Shown here: piece by piece, positions 1 through 9,999 of the stretch | How positions within the stretch are numbered: the stretch's first letter is position 1 | Layout of the letters: each line of letters begins with the position of its first letter | Source: an uncultured Alphaproteobacteria bacterium | GTDB lineage: Bacteria > Pseudomonadota > Alphaproteobacteria > HIMB59 > GCA-002718135 | Reading direction: 5' to 3' | Length of the DNA stretch: 64,000 nucleotides | NCBI GenBank assembly: GCA_902539825.1 | Contig: CACBMH010000001.1 | Coordinates: forward strand, 930 to 64,929 | Program-made: the position numbers and the translations under genes | Notes under the pieces: model-generated | Databases searched by the model: none | What the model was told of the DNA's origin: nothing | The model's input: only the letters and a program-made list of their open reading frames with translations

Positions 1-1248
1 AACTTTTATTCTTCTTAGATCAAAATTCAAATTACTATCATTTATTACTTCTTTAATATTTCTAGGCTCAATGCTTAATCCAAGATTTTCCCATCTGGGA
101 TAAGGGTTTTCCTCGTATTGTTTTTTTACCTTTATAGAGACTTGATCTTTTACTGTTGATATAGATTTTATTGATTTAGCTATTTGATTCTCAATTTTAC
201 TATGGCCTAATTGTAATTGAAATATTTCTTTCAATTCATTCGTATATTTAACTCTATTTGACCAACTAAAATTTGTTAAGGGTTGATAACAAGATAAACA
301 TAATATTTCTAAATCATTAACGCTTTTATTTTCGTTTAAATTTTTTTTAATCTTTTCATCAATAATTTTTACTTTTTCTTTTTCATCTTTTGATTCCTCA
401 TATATGTATTCATTAAGATAACATTGCATAGATAAAGAAATTAAAAAATTAATTTGAGTTTTATCAATATTTGATTTGTATATTTGGTTTAAAATTTCTT
501 TTCTTATCTTCACAAAATTTTTTTCAATATAGTAATCAGGAATAGGACAAACTTTCATAAATTGCATTAGAAGTGAGTTCTGCTGGAAATTTTTTATAAT
601 AAAATTTAATTCTTTATTAGTTATTTTATCATTGATTAAAGATAAATACTTTTTAAGATCTGTATTTAAAAATAAACTATTTAAAACATTAGGGGCAATA
701 GCATTTGGTCTTACGATAATTTTTTCTTTTAAAAGATGTAAAAGATACTTATTAATATTTTTATTCTTTGTATTTATTTTATAAAACTGAAGTGCCCCTG
801 CTAAGTTGTAATATGCTACTTTATAATTTGAATTGATTTCTAAAGTTGATAAATAACATTCTATAGCTTTTTTATTTAGCCCTTTTCTTTTATATATATT
901 TCCAAGATTATTATGAGCTTTAAAATAATTTTTGTCTAGCTCTATGACTTTATTATAATTTTCTATTGCTTTCTCTTCTTCATTTAATTTAATGAAAATA
1001 TTAGCTAAATTATAAAAACCATCAGTATATTTAGGATTTAGATTTACTACTTTTATAAATAAATCCTTTGCTATCTTATAATTTTTAAGCTCTGTATGAA
1101 CTACACCTTGTATATTTTGTAGAAGAATTGACTTAGGAAAATTATCTAATAATTCGTTTGATAATTTCAAAAGTTCATTAAATTTTTTTTTATCAAATAA
1201 TGATATTAATTCTTTTATTTTAATTTCTGATGGCTCTATAGAAATCAT
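1..1248 (-). CDS. TPR-repeat protein, N-terminal 416 codons (3' end lies beyond the window start)
   Basis: Manual translation from the ATG at 1248 stays open to position 1: MISIEPSEIKIKELISLFDKKKFNELLKLSNELLDNFPKS... It contains repeated TPR-like units (YYNLANIFIKLNEEEKAIENYNKVIELDKNYFKAHNNLGNIYKRKG, AIECYLSTLEINSNYKVAYYNLAG). Later it has a QYEENPYPRW motif that I associate with TPR proteins fused to a SAM-methyltransferase-like domain. Absent from the ORF track because no stop lies in the window. Confidence 0.7.
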   Translation of the reverse strand, partial: MISIEPSEIKIKELISLFDKKKFNELLKLSNELLDNFPKSILLQNIQGVVHTELKNYKIAKDLFIKVVNLNPKYTDGFYNLANIFIKLNEEEKAIENYNKVIELDKNYFKAHNNLGNIYKRKGLNKKAIECYLSTLEINSNYKVAYYNLAGALQFYKINTKNKNINKYLLHLLKEKIIVRPNAIAPNVLNSLFLNTDLKKYLSLINDKITNKELNFIIKNFQQNSLLMQFMKVCPIPDYYIEKNFVKIRKEILNQIYKSNIDKTQINFLISLSMQCYLNEYIYEESKDEKEKVKIIDEKIKKNLNENKSVNDLEILCLSCYQPLTNFSWSNRVKYTNELKEIFQLQLGHSKIENQIAKSIKSISTVKDQVSIKVKKQYEENPYPRWENLGLSIEPRNIKEVINDSNLNFDLRRIKV

Positions 1249-2826
1249 CTAAACAACAGAGGAAATAAGTTTTTTAGTATACTCAGATTTAGGATTATTA
1301 AAGATATTACTACTAATATTTTCTTCTACAATTAATCCGTCCTTTAATACAATTATCCTATCTGATATTGCTTTGATGACTGTCATATCATGACTAATAA
1401 ATATGTAACTAAGCTGAAGTTGTTTTTGTAGTTTATTTAAAAGATTTATTATTTGATTTTGTATTGTTACATCTAAAGCTGAAGTAGGTTCATCTAATAT
1501 TAAAATTTTTGGTTCTAAAATTAGAGCTCTTGCAATTGCAATTCTTTGACGTTGACCTCCTGAAAATTCATGAGGGTATTTTTCAATTGTATTTTTATAC
1601 TCTAATCCAACTTTATCTAAAATATTTTTTATTTTTTTTTCTTTTTCCTTTTTACTTATACTTGGATAATGAATTAACAAACCTTCTGAAATAATATCCT
1701 CTATATTCATTCTTGGACTTAATGATGAAAATGGATCTTGAAAGACAATCTGTATTTCCTTTCTTAAATTTAGCATTTCTTTTTTATTTAATTGATTAAG
1801 ATCTTTTTTATTTATTTTTATTTTTCCTTTTGATTCTATTAAATTTAAAATTGCTAAAATAAGAGATGTTTTTCCTGAACCTGACTCTCCAACGATACCA
1901 ATACTTTCACCAATTTTTAAATCAAAACTGACATTTTTAATTGCTTTTACATAGTCAACTGTTCTTTTTAGAAGACCTTTTTTAATTGGGTACCATACAT
2001 CTAAATTCTCAACTTTTAAGATAGAATCTGAATCAAAATTTTTGCTGTCTTTAATATTACTCTGATAAGAAACTAATTCTCTTGTATACTCATTTTTTGG
2101 ATTATTAAATATTTCATCATTTGTACCAAATTCTACAATTTTACCATTTTTCATTACATAAATATAATCTGATAATTTTTTTACTACTGATAAATCATGA
2201 CTTATAAAAACTAGAGACATACCCAGTCTTGATTGTATATTTTTTAGCAGTTCTAAAATTTGTAGTTGAATTGTAACATCTAATGCTGTTGTTGGCTCAT
2301 CAGCAATAAGAACTTCTGGGTTATTAGCAATACTCATTGCGATCATAGCTCTTTGTCTCTGTCCACCTGATAATTCATAAGGGTATATTTTTGGCCTTGT
2401 TGCAATGTTATCTAAACCCACTTCTTTTAATAAATTTATAGTTTTTATCTTAGCTTCATTTTTGGTAATTACATTGTGGGTTGTAATGATCTCCTCAATT
2501 TGTTTGTTAATTGTGTGCAAGGGATTTAAACTTGTCATGGGTTCTTGAAAAATTGTAGAAATTTTATTTCCTCTTATTTTTTGTATTTCACTTTCATTTA
2601 ATTTCAATAAATTAACATTATTAAAAAATATATTACCATTCTTAATATCAGCGCCATTAGGTAGTAGCTTTAAAATACTTAGTGCAGATAAAGTTTTGCC
2701 TGAACCTGACTCACCAACAATAGCTGTAGTTTTTCCTTTTATAACATCTAGATTTATATTCTTTACTACTTCAATGTTTCTATTAAATTCAATTGTAAGA
2801 TTTTGTATTGAAACTATTTTATCCAT
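1249..2826 (-). CDS. yejF: ABC transporter ATP-binding protein with two fused ATPase cassettes (YejF-like, peptide/microcin-C type)
   Basis: 525 aa. Two Walker A motifs (GESGSGKT twice) and two ABC signatures (LSGGQRQR, FSGGQRQR). Last gene of a 4-gene yejABEF-like operon. Confidence 0.85.
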   Translation of the reverse strand: MDKIVSIQNLTIEFNRNIEVVKNINLDVIKGKTTAIVGESGSGKTLSALSILKLLPNGADIKNGNIFFNNVNLLKLNESEIQKIRGNKISTIFQEPMTSLNPLHTINKQIEEIITTHNVITKNEAKIKTINLLKEVGLDNIATRPKIYPYELSGGQRQRAMIAMSIANNPEVLIADEPTTALDVTIQLQILELLKNIQSRLGMSLVFISHDLSVVKKLSDYIYVMKNGKIVEFGTNDEIFNNPKNEYTRELVSYQSNIKDSKNFDSDSILKVENLDVWYPIKKGLLKRTVDYVKAIKNVSFDLKIGESIGIVGESGSGKTSLILAILNLIESKGKIKINKKDLNQLNKKEMLNLRKEIQIVFQDPFSSLSPRMNIEDIISEGLLIHYPSISKKEKEKKIKNILDKVGLEYKNTIEKYPHEFSGGQRQRIAIARALILEPKILILDEPTSALDVTIQNQIINLLNKLQKQLQLSYIFISHDMTVIKAISDRIIVLKDGLIVEENISSNIFNNPKSEYTKKLISSVV

Positions 2827-2827
2827 T

Positions 2828-3856
2828 TTAATTAAAAGTCTTTCTGGGATCTAAAGAATCTCTAATTGCTTCACCTACAAAAACTAAAAGACCTAACATC
2901 AAACCTAAGGTTAAAAAACTTGTAATTCCAAGCCATGGAGCTTGTAAATTATTCCTTCCTTGATTTACCATTTCTCCTAATGATGCTGACCCTGGCGGTA
3001 AGCCAAAACCTAAAAAATCAAGACCTGATAATGCAGTTACAGAAGCGCTTAAACTGAATGGAAGAAAAGTAACAGTAGCAATAGTAGCATTAGGTAACAT
3101 GTGCCTAATCATTATTCTTATGTTCGAAACACCTAGTGCTTTTGCAGCTCTTATATAGTCAAAATTCCTTGCTCTTAAAAATTCTGCACGAACTACACCA
3201 ACATAACCCATCCAACTAAAAAGTAATAAGATAATTAAAAGCCACCAAAAATTTGGTTGAATTATACTAGCCAAAATTATTAAGACATACAAAGTTGGAA
3301 TAGCTGACCAGACCTCCATGAATCTTTGGAAGAATAAATCAGTCTTTCCACCAAAATAACCCTGTATTGCTCCTGCAGATACTCCTATAATCATTGAAAA
3401 AAATGTTAAAGTAAATCCAAATAATACGGATATTCGGAAACCATAAATTAACCTTGATAGTACATCTCTTGCTTGATCATCAGTCCCAAGCCAATTTTTA
3501 TTTGAAGGTGGTGAAGGAGCCGGAGCAGATAAATCTCTTATAATAGTATTATATGAATATGGAATTATAGGCATAATCATCCATCCGTTTTCCTCAATTA
3601 AGTTTTTAACATATGGATCTTTGTAATCTGCCTCTGTTTCAAAATCTCCTCCAAATGTTGTTTCTGAATAAAATGAAAATATTGGATAATAAAAGTTTGA
3701 GTTATATTTTACTAATAAGGGTTTTTCATTTGCAATAAAATTAGCAAATAAAGAAATAATAAATAAAAAACTAAATATCCAGAAAGAATAATAACCTCTT
3801 TTATTATTCTTAAAATTATTCAGTCTTCTTTGATTTAATTTTGATAATTTCTTCAT
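2828..3856 (-). CDS. yejE: ABC transporter permease (YejE-like)
   Basis: 342 aa polytopic membrane protein with a DppC/OppC-type permease core. Overlaps the upstream permease gene by 4 nt. Confidence 0.8.
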   Translation of the reverse strand: MKKLSKLNQRRLNNFKNNKRGYYSFWIFSFLFIISLFANFIANEKPLLVKYNSNFYYPIFSFYSETTFGGDFETEADYKDPYVKNLIEENGWMIMPIIPYSYNTIIRDLSAPAPSPPSNKNWLGTDDQARDVLSRLIYGFRISVLFGFTLTFFSMIIGVSAGAIQGYFGGKTDLFFQRFMEVWSAIPTLYVLIILASIIQPNFWWLLIILLLFSWMGYVGVVRAEFLRARNFDYIRAAKALGVSNIRIMIRHMLPNATIATVTFLPFSLSASVTALSGLDFLGFGLPPGSASLGEMVNQGRNNLQAPWLGITSFLTLGLMLGLLVFVGEAIRDSLDPRKTFN

Positions 3857-4956
3857 TGTCTTGATTCAAAATCTATTCGTGGATCAATAATTGAGTACAT
3901 AAAATCGCCAATTATTCCCATAACCAAACCGAGTAGTGAGAAAAAATAAAGTGTTGCAAATATAACTGGATAATCTCTAGTCAGAGCAGCTTCGTATCCT
4001 AGCAAACCTAAACCATCCAAAGAAAAAATAACTTCAATGAACAGAGAACTTGAAAAAAGAATTCCAATAAATGCTGATGGAAAACCTGCAATCACTATTA
4101 ACATTGCATTTCTAAATACATGACCATAAAGAACCTTTCTTTCAGTCAAACCTTTAGACCGTGCTGTAATTACATATTGTTGATTTACTTGGTCAAGAAA
4201 TGAATTTTTTGTTAAAAAAGTCAATCCAGCAAAACCACTTACAAGCATTGCAGTTAAAGGCAGTGCTAAATGCCAGAAGTAATCTATTATTTTTTGTAAT
4301 AACGTTAAATCATCAAAATTTTCAGAAAATAAACCTCTTAGAGGAAAAATATCATAAAACCTTCCTCCTGCAAAAAATACTATTAGTATTACAGCAAATA
4401 AAAAATTTGGTATTGCATAACCAATTGTTACAATTGAACTTGATACTATATCAAACTTTGATCCATCCTTTATTGCTTTTCTTATACCTAGAGGAATAGA
4501 TATTAAATATACTAACAAAGTTGTCCATAAACCAAGTGATATTGAAACTGGCATTTTATCTAGAACGATAGAAGTAACTTTTTGATCTCTAAAAAAACTT
4601 TCTCCAAAATCAAAAGTTAAATAATCTTTTAACATTTTCACGAAACGTTGATGTGCTGGTTTGTCCATTCCATACATCTTTTCTATTTCTTTTATAATAT
4701 CTGGATCAAGGCCTTGTGCTCCTCTATATTTACTATCATTAACTGATGTAGAATTATCTCGATTAAACTCTAAAGTTTCACCCTCGCCACCACCAGAAAA
4801 TCGAGCTGTTGATTCAACAGCTGTACCAGTCATTTGTGCAATCATTTGTTCTACTGGGCCACCTGGAACAATTTGAATTATTGCAAAGTTTATAACCATT
4901 ATCCCAAAAAGAGTTGGGATAATTAAAAGAAGCCTTTTTATTAGGTACGCACCCAT
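3853..4956 (-). CDS. yejB: ABC transporter permease (YejB-like)
   Basis: 367 aa. DppB/OppB-type start [28 protein letters not shown] and a C-terminal DPRI motif. Confidence 0.8.
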   Translation of the reverse strand: MGAYLIKRLLLIIPTLFGIMVINFAIIQIVPGGPVEQMIAQMTGTAVESTARFSGGGEGETLEFNRDNSTSVNDSKYRGAQGLDPDIIKEIEKMYGMDKPAHQRFVKMLKDYLTFDFGESFFRDQKVTSIVLDKMPVSISLGLWTTLLVYLISIPLGIRKAIKDGSKFDIVSSSIVTIGYAIPNFLFAVILIVFFAGGRFYDIFPLRGLFSENFDDLTLLQKIIDYFWHLALPLTAMLVSGFAGLTFLTKNSFLDQVNQQYVITARSKGLTERKVLYGHVFRNAMLIVIAGFPSAFIGILFSSSLFIEVIFSLDGLGLLGYEAALTRDYPVIFATLYFFSLLGLVMGIIGDFMYSIIDPRIDFESRQ

Positions 4957-4995
4957 ATTGTGCTATTTTATATTATTTCTAATAAACTTTAATAA

Positions 4996-6822
4996 TTAGT
5001 TTGATGTTCTATTTGACTGGATTGTTTCAAATTTATTCTGATTAATCCACCATGTATCAAAGCCTAAAGAATATTTTGGTTTTATTTTTGGTTGATCAAA
5101 AAAATCCCAATATAAAACTCTATATGATGAAATATGCCATTGAGGAATAACATAGTAATTCCATAGAAGAACACGGTCAAGAGCTTTGGTTATTGTAATT
5201 AATTCTTCTCTATCACTAGCATTAATTAGACTTTCAATTAATCCATCTACAGCATAATTTTTAATACCAACAACATTTCTAGAGCCATCAGTGTCTGCTG
5301 CATCAGAGCCCCAAAAATTTCTTTGCTCATTACCTGGTGATAATGATTGTCCAAATGTTTGCACCACCATATCAAAATCAAAAGTTTCCATTCTTTTTTG
5401 ATATTGAGCACTATCGATTGTTCTTACCTCAGCAATTATTCCTAATTTTTCAAGATTATCTTTAAATGGAAAAACTATTCTTTCAAAAGCTGGCGATCGT
5501 AATAAGATTTCAAATTCAAAAGGTTCTTTTGTACTAGAATGTAAAAGTTTACCATCAACTAATTCCCATCCAGATTCTTCTAAAAGTTTTGAAGCTTCCT
5601 GCAATTGCATCCTCATATAACCCGAACCATCTGTAACTGGATTTGTATATTCTTCTGTAAATACTTCTTTTGGTAGTACATCAAAATATGGGTTTAAATA
5701 ATTTAATTCTTCTTTTGAAGGAAGACCAGAAGAAGCAAGTTCTGAATTTTCAAAAAAGCTATCTGTTCTTTTATATGCATCAAAAAATAAATTTTTATTA
5801 GACCACTCAAAATCAAAAGCAAAAGAAAGAGCTTTTCTTACTCTTCTATCTTTAAATTTATCTTTTCTAATATTAAATGCAAAACCTTGCATACCTTGTG
5901 GATTTTCATGACTTATTAATTCTTTTTTAATTAAGCCTTCATTCACTGCGTTTATATCATACGCAGTTGCCCACTCTTTTGATGAATTTTCAGAGAAGAA
6001 ATCAATCTCACCAGATTTAAAAGCTTCTCTTTCAATACCTCTGTCTTTGTAATAATCATATCTAATTGTGCCAAAGTTATCTTTACCAATTTTAATTGGT
6101 ATTGATGCATCAAAACCCCAATAATTTTGATCTAGTTCGTAGGTAATTGATCTTCCACTATCAAATGATTTAACCTTATATGGACCACTTCCAATTGGTA
6201 TTTCCAGAGATGTTTCTTCAAAGTTTTTATTTTCCCAATAATGTTTTGGTAGTACAGGTAGTTGACCAACAATTAACACTAATTCTTTATTCGTGTTTGT
6301 TGTAAAATTAAATCTAACTTTATTTTCTTGTTCTTTAATTACTTCTTTTACATCTCCATAGTAGTATTTATAAAATGGGTGGCCTTTTTCCATTAAGGTA
6401 TTAAATGTCCAAACAACATCGTCAGCTGTAATTTTTTTTCCATCGTGCCAATACGCTTCGTTTCTTAATGTAAATGAAACCCAAGATCTATCATCTGGCC
6501 ATTCAATCGTTTTTGCCAATAATCCGTATTCCGTAAATGCTTCATCGCTTGATCCCGTTGTTAATGTTTCATACAATCCTCCAATTCCAGCAGCAGAGGT
6601 ACCTTTTAAAATAAATGGATTGAAACTGTCATAGGTTCCAATGGCACTTCTTACTATTGATCCACCTTTGATTGAAATTGGATTAATATATTCAACATTT
6701 TCAAAATCTTTCGAGTATTTTGGCTCACCATGCATTGCAATTGCATGTGATATATTAGTATTTGCTTGTGCATTTAATTGAAAAATTAGAGTAAACGTAA
6801 AGATCAAAGTGAGTATTTTCAT
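4996..6822 (-). CDS. yejA: Periplasmic substrate-binding protein, family 5 (YejA-like)
   Basis: 608 aa with signal peptide MKILTLIFTFTLIFQLNAQA. Its length and its position ahead of yejBEF fit a YejA-type extracellular solute-binding protein. Confidence 0.8.
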   Translation of the reverse strand: MKILTLIFTFTLIFQLNAQANTNISHAIAMHGEPKYSKDFENVEYINPISIKGGSIVRSAIGTYDSFNPFILKGTSAAGIGGLYETLTTGSSDEAFTEYGLLAKTIEWPDDRSWVSFTLRNEAYWHDGKKITADDVVWTFNTLMEKGHPFYKYYYGDVKEVIKEQENKVRFNFTTNTNKELVLIVGQLPVLPKHYWENKNFEETSLEIPIGSGPYKVKSFDSGRSITYELDQNYWGFDASIPIKIGKDNFGTIRYDYYKDRGIEREAFKSGEIDFFSENSSKEWATAYDINAVNEGLIKKELISHENPQGMQGFAFNIRKDKFKDRRVRKALSFAFDFEWSNKNLFFDAYKRTDSFFENSELASSGLPSKEELNYLNPYFDVLPKEVFTEEYTNPVTDGSGYMRMQLQEASKLLEESGWELVDGKLLHSSTKEPFEFEILLRSPAFERIVFPFKDNLEKLGIIAEVRTIDSAQYQKRMETFDFDMVVQTFGQSLSPGNEQRNFWGSDAADTDGSRNVVGIKNYAVDGLIESLINASDREELITITKALDRVLLWNYYVIPQWHISSYRVLYWDFFDQPKIKPKYSLGFDTWWINQNKFETIQSNRTSN

Positions 6823-6863
6823 ATTTGTAATATATGTCGATTTATTAAAAATTAAAATAAATT

Positions 6864-7637
6864 TTAGTTTATTAATTTAATTATTTCATCATGAAGCGAG
6901 CTTGTACTGGAAGCAACTAAACTGCCATCTGAGTCTAAAGATATATCTTGTCCAAACTTATCCGTAACTACTCCACCAGCTCCTTCAATTACATTTACAA
7001 GAGCCATATAATCATGCACTTTTAATGTATCTTCTAAAACAATATCTATTAAACCTGAGGCTAACATCCCATACATATAACAATCACCACCAAGTCTATA
7101 ATATCTTGATTTTTCTTTTAGTAATTTTAATCCTTTTCTGATTTGAGGTTCATTAAAATATAATCCAGATGTGAAAAGATAGGCATCTTTAATTTGTTTA
7201 ATAGTACTAGTTTGAACATCTTTTCCATTACATTTTGTCTTTTGATTTTTTTCTCCTATCCACCGCTCACCATGTGCAGGGCAATTAATAATTCCTAAAA
7301 CTGGTTTTTTGTTATGAAGCAATGCAATTAAATTACCAAAATCTTTATGTCCAGCTATATAACTTCTTGTTCCATCTATGGGATCTAATACCCATAAAAA
7401 CTCAGAGTCTATTTTTTCATTTTCATACTCTTCACCCAAAATTCCATGATCAGGATATTCTTTTCTTATTCTCTCTCTTAATGTTTGTTCTGTTTCTTTA
7501 TCTGCTAACGTTACAGGACTTTCATCATCTTTAATTTCTATTTCAATTTTGTTTCTAAAATAATGCATCGAAGTTTTAGATGCATCATCAGCTAAGGAGT
7601 TTGCAAATTTTGAAAACTCTTCTGTATCTATGATCAT
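6864..7637 (-). CDS. hisN: Inositol-monophosphatase-family phosphatase, probably histidinol-phosphatase HisN
   Basis: 257 aa with IMPase motifs DESPVTLADKETE, WVLDPIDGT and GGDCY. The size and motifs match the alphaproteobacterial HisN subfamily, but the specific substrate is inferred. Confidence 0.6.
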   Translation of the reverse strand: MIIDTEEFSKFANSLADDASKTSMHYFRNKIEIEIKDDESPVTLADKETEQTLRERIRKEYPDHGILGEEYENEKIDSEFLWVLDPIDGTRSYIAGHKDFGNLIALLHNKKPVLGIINCPAHGERWIGEKNQKTKCNGKDVQTSTIKQIKDAYLFTSGLYFNEPQIRKGLKLLKEKSRYYRLGGDCYMYGMLASGLIDIVLEDTLKVHDYMALVNVIEGAGGVVTDKFGQDISLDSDGSLVASSTSSLHDEIIKLIN

Positions 7638-7646
7638 TAATTTAGT

Positions 7647-8192
7647 TTATGGAAGTGGTGCTAGATTATCTGAGTGTTCTCTTAGGAAATAAACTAAGTC
7701 TGCCCTATCTTTTACTTTTTTCAAACCCGCAAAGTTCATTTTTGTACCTTTTATATATTTTTTTGGTTTATATAAAAATTCTGCTAATTCTTCATATCCC
7801 CATTCTCCGCCGTATTCAGCTAAAGCTTTAGAGTATGCAAAACCTTCAACATTTGCTTTTGGTCTATTTATAATATTCCATAAGTGTGGACCTACTTTAT
7901 TTGCACTACCTTTTTCGTAATTATGGCACGTAGCACATTTTTTGAATAATTTTTCTCCATTATCAAGAGAGGCACTTGCTAATAACATTGAAATTGGCTC
8001 TATTATTTCTTCTTTTTTTTCTACTACTCCAACTCCAGAAGAATCCTCAGGAACATCTATTTTATAAGCTGTTTCCTTTTTTTCATCATGATCAATATCA
8101 ATGACTAAATCTCCAAAATGCCCGATAAGGGTAACAATTAAGACTGCTAATATTATAGATGCTAAAATTTTATTAACTTCAAGCCCAGACAT
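7647..8192 (-). CDS. Membrane-anchored class I c-type cytochrome (CycM-like)
   Basis: Heme motif CATCH within KLFKKCATCHNYEKG, and an N-terminal TM anchor ILASIILAVLIVTLIGH. I moved the start to the ATG at 8192 (MSGLEVNK). The tracked ORF to 8474 runs antisense into kdsB and its extra residues are not cytochrome-like. Confidence 0.8.
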   Translation of the reverse strand: MSGLEVNKILASIILAVLIVTLIGHFGDLVIDIDHDEKKETAYKIDVPEDSSGVGVVEKKEEIIEPISMLLASASLDNGEKLFKKCATCHNYEKGSANKVGPHLWNIINRPKANVEGFAYSKALAEYGGEWGYEELAEFLYKPKKYIKGTKMNFAGLKKVKDRADLVYFLREHSDNLAPLP

Positions 8193-8283
8193 GTATAAGT
8201 ACATATACAGATTTTTTAGAAGAAAGAATATATTTGTCGTAAGTATGAAATTTAAATTCTCTTGCCTAATTGTCGCATAAATT

Positions 8284-9018
8284 ATGAAAAATGTTGTAAT
8301 TATACCTTCACGAATGGCTTCCACTAGACTGCCGGGCAAACCATTAATGCAGATAGATGGTATTCCAATGATACAACGAGTGTGGCAACAGGCAATTGCA
8401 TCAAAAATTGGAGAAGTGTTTGTTGCTTGCTCAGAAATTGAAGTGCACGACTTAATTGTAAGTAATGGTGGCAAAGCTATTATGACAGATCCAGATCTCC
8501 CCTCTGGAACTGATAGAGTTCACTCCGCTTTTTTAAAGATAAAAAATAACAAAGACATTGATGTAATAATCAATCTACAAGGTGATATGCCTCTTATAAA
8601 TCCAGAACATATTCTTAAAGTCATTGACCCAATAAAAAAAAATTTCACTATTGGTACACTAGCAACAAACTTAAATGATAATGAATTAAATAATCCCAAT
8701 GTAACAAAAGTTGAAGTTGATTTTAAAATAAATGAAATAGCTCAGGCGTTGAGTTTTTATAGAGAAGTTACGATAGAAAATAAAAACTTATACCATCATG
8801 TTGGTATCTATAGTTATACTCCAGATTCAATAAATACATTTATCAATCTACCTAAATCAAAAAATGAAATAGATCTAAGTTTAGAACAAATGAGAGCTAT
8901 GGATTCCAACATTCCAATTGGAGTCACGTATGTTCCTGAAGTTCCAATAAGTGTAGATACAAAAGAGGATTTAATAAATATTGAAACTAATATAAGAGAG
9001 CACAATGATAAAAGTTGA
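8284..9018 (+). CDS. kdsB: 3-deoxy-manno-octulosonate cytidylyltransferase (CMP-KDO synthetase)
   Basis: 244 aa. N-terminal IIPSRMASTRLPGKPL and NLQGDMP motifs typical of KdsB. Confidence 0.9.
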   Translation: MKNVVIIPSRMASTRLPGKPLMQIDGIPMIQRVWQQAIASKIGEVFVACSEIEVHDLIVSNGGKAIMTDPDLPSGTDRVHSAFLKIKNNKDIDVIINLQGDMPLINPEHILKVIDPIKKNFTIGTLATNLNDNELNNPNVTKVEVDFKINEIAQALSFYREVTIENKNLYHHVGIYSYTPDSINTFINLPKSKNEIDLSLEQMRAMDSNIPIGVTYVPEVPISVDTKEDLINIETNIREHNDKS

Positions 9019-9847
9019 TAGTTTTTCATTTCAAGGTGTAAACGGTGCGTATAGTGAACAAGCTGGAAAAAATATTTTTCCAAACGCAAAAAGTATACCG
9101 TGTGCAACTTTTGAAGATATGTTTGAACATGTTAGATCAGGAAAATCTGAAGCTGCAATGGTTCCTATAGAAAATTCTCTTGCAGGAAGGGTAGCTGATA
9201 CTCAAAGATTAATACCTGACTCTGATTTAAAAATAACTTATGAATATTTTCATGAAGTAAATCATAACTTACTTGGAATTAGAGGTGCGAAAATCTCAGA
9301 TATTAAAAGAATAAGAAGTCATGAACAGGGAATTGCTCAATGTCGAAACAAAATTTTAAAATTAGATAAGCAAATGATTGTTGAAGCAGATACAGCTGGA
9401 TCCGCTAAATTAATTTCAGAGTTAAATAATATTGAAGATGGAGCTATCGCATCTGAACTTGCTGCTAATATATATGATCTTGATATATTGGAAAAAAATT
9501 TCCAAGATACTCAAAATAATGTAACTCGATTTCTTGTTATGCAAAAAAATTTATTAGATATAAATCCAGAAATAAAGGATATCCTTACAACATTAGTATT
9601 TACAGTTAGAAGTATTCCAGCAGTTTTGTACAAATGTCTTGGTGGATTTGCTAGTAATGGAGTTAATATAACTAAGCTTGAGAGTTACATTCACCCACAG
9701 GGTTTTGATGTTGCACAATTTTATATAGATTTTGAGGGACATCCTGAAAATACATCTGTAAAATTAGCATTAGAAGAGATGAAATTTTTTTGTAAGAAGA
9801 TAGAAATCCTTGGAGTATATGAGAAATCTTCATTTAGAAAAAAATAG
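9005..9847 (+). CDS. pheA: Prephenate dehydratase (monofunctional, PDT plus ACT domains)
   Basis: 280 aa with FQGVNGAYSEQA, VPIENSLAGRV and TRFLV motifs. No chorismate mutase domain. Overlaps kdsB by 14 nt. Confidence 0.88.
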   Translation: MIKVDSFSFQGVNGAYSEQAGKNIFPNAKSIPCATFEDMFEHVRSGKSEAAMVPIENSLAGRVADTQRLIPDSDLKITYEYFHEVNHNLLGIRGAKISDIKRIRSHEQGIAQCRNKILKLDKQMIVEADTAGSAKLISELNNIEDGAIASELAANIYDLDILEKNFQDTQNNVTRFLVMQKNLLDINPEIKDILTTLVFTVRSIPAVLYKCLGGFASNGVNITKLESYIHPQGFDVAQFYIDFEGHPENTSVKLALEEMKFFCKKIEILGVYEKSSFRKK

Positions 9848-9899
9848 GATTTTTTAAAAAGTCTATTTATATTTTATTTACATTAATGTTATATTGCTA

Positions 9900-9992
9900 A
9901 AGGAAGGATTGAGGGCAAATAAATTGCTAATCCAGTCAGATCTGAAAAGAAGCAGCTGTAACAATCTTGTTTGGGTCTCAACTCCTTCCATT
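9900..9992 (+). ncRNA. ffs: Signal recognition particle RNA (small bacterial 4.5S type)
   Basis: 9932-9956 reads CCAGUCAGAUCUGAAAAGAAGCAGC. This matches the conserved domain IV of 4.5S RNA (E. coli CCAGGUCAGGUCCGGAAGGAAGCAGCC) and has a GNRA tetraloop GAAA at 9944-9947. The 5' GGAAGGAUUGAG (9902-9913) pairs with the 3' CUCAACUCCUUCC (9977-9989). Its position directly upstream of dnaX-ybaB-recR is the classical synteny. Ends are approximate. Confidence 0.85.
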
Positions 9993-9999
9993 AATTATA

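Noticed and set aside
8193-8474. The 5' extension of the cytochrome c ORF (track model 7647..8474, 275 aa)
   Set aside because: The extra 94 residues run antisense through the start of kdsB and the divergent spacer, and they have no cytochrome-like or signal features. The ATG at 8192 gives a clean TM anchor plus a CxxCH domain.
9967-9999. TTG-initiated N-terminal extension of dnaX (MFGSQLLPLII)
   Set aside because: It overlaps the 3' helix of the SRP RNA. The ATG at 10000 gives the conserved DnaX N-terminus.
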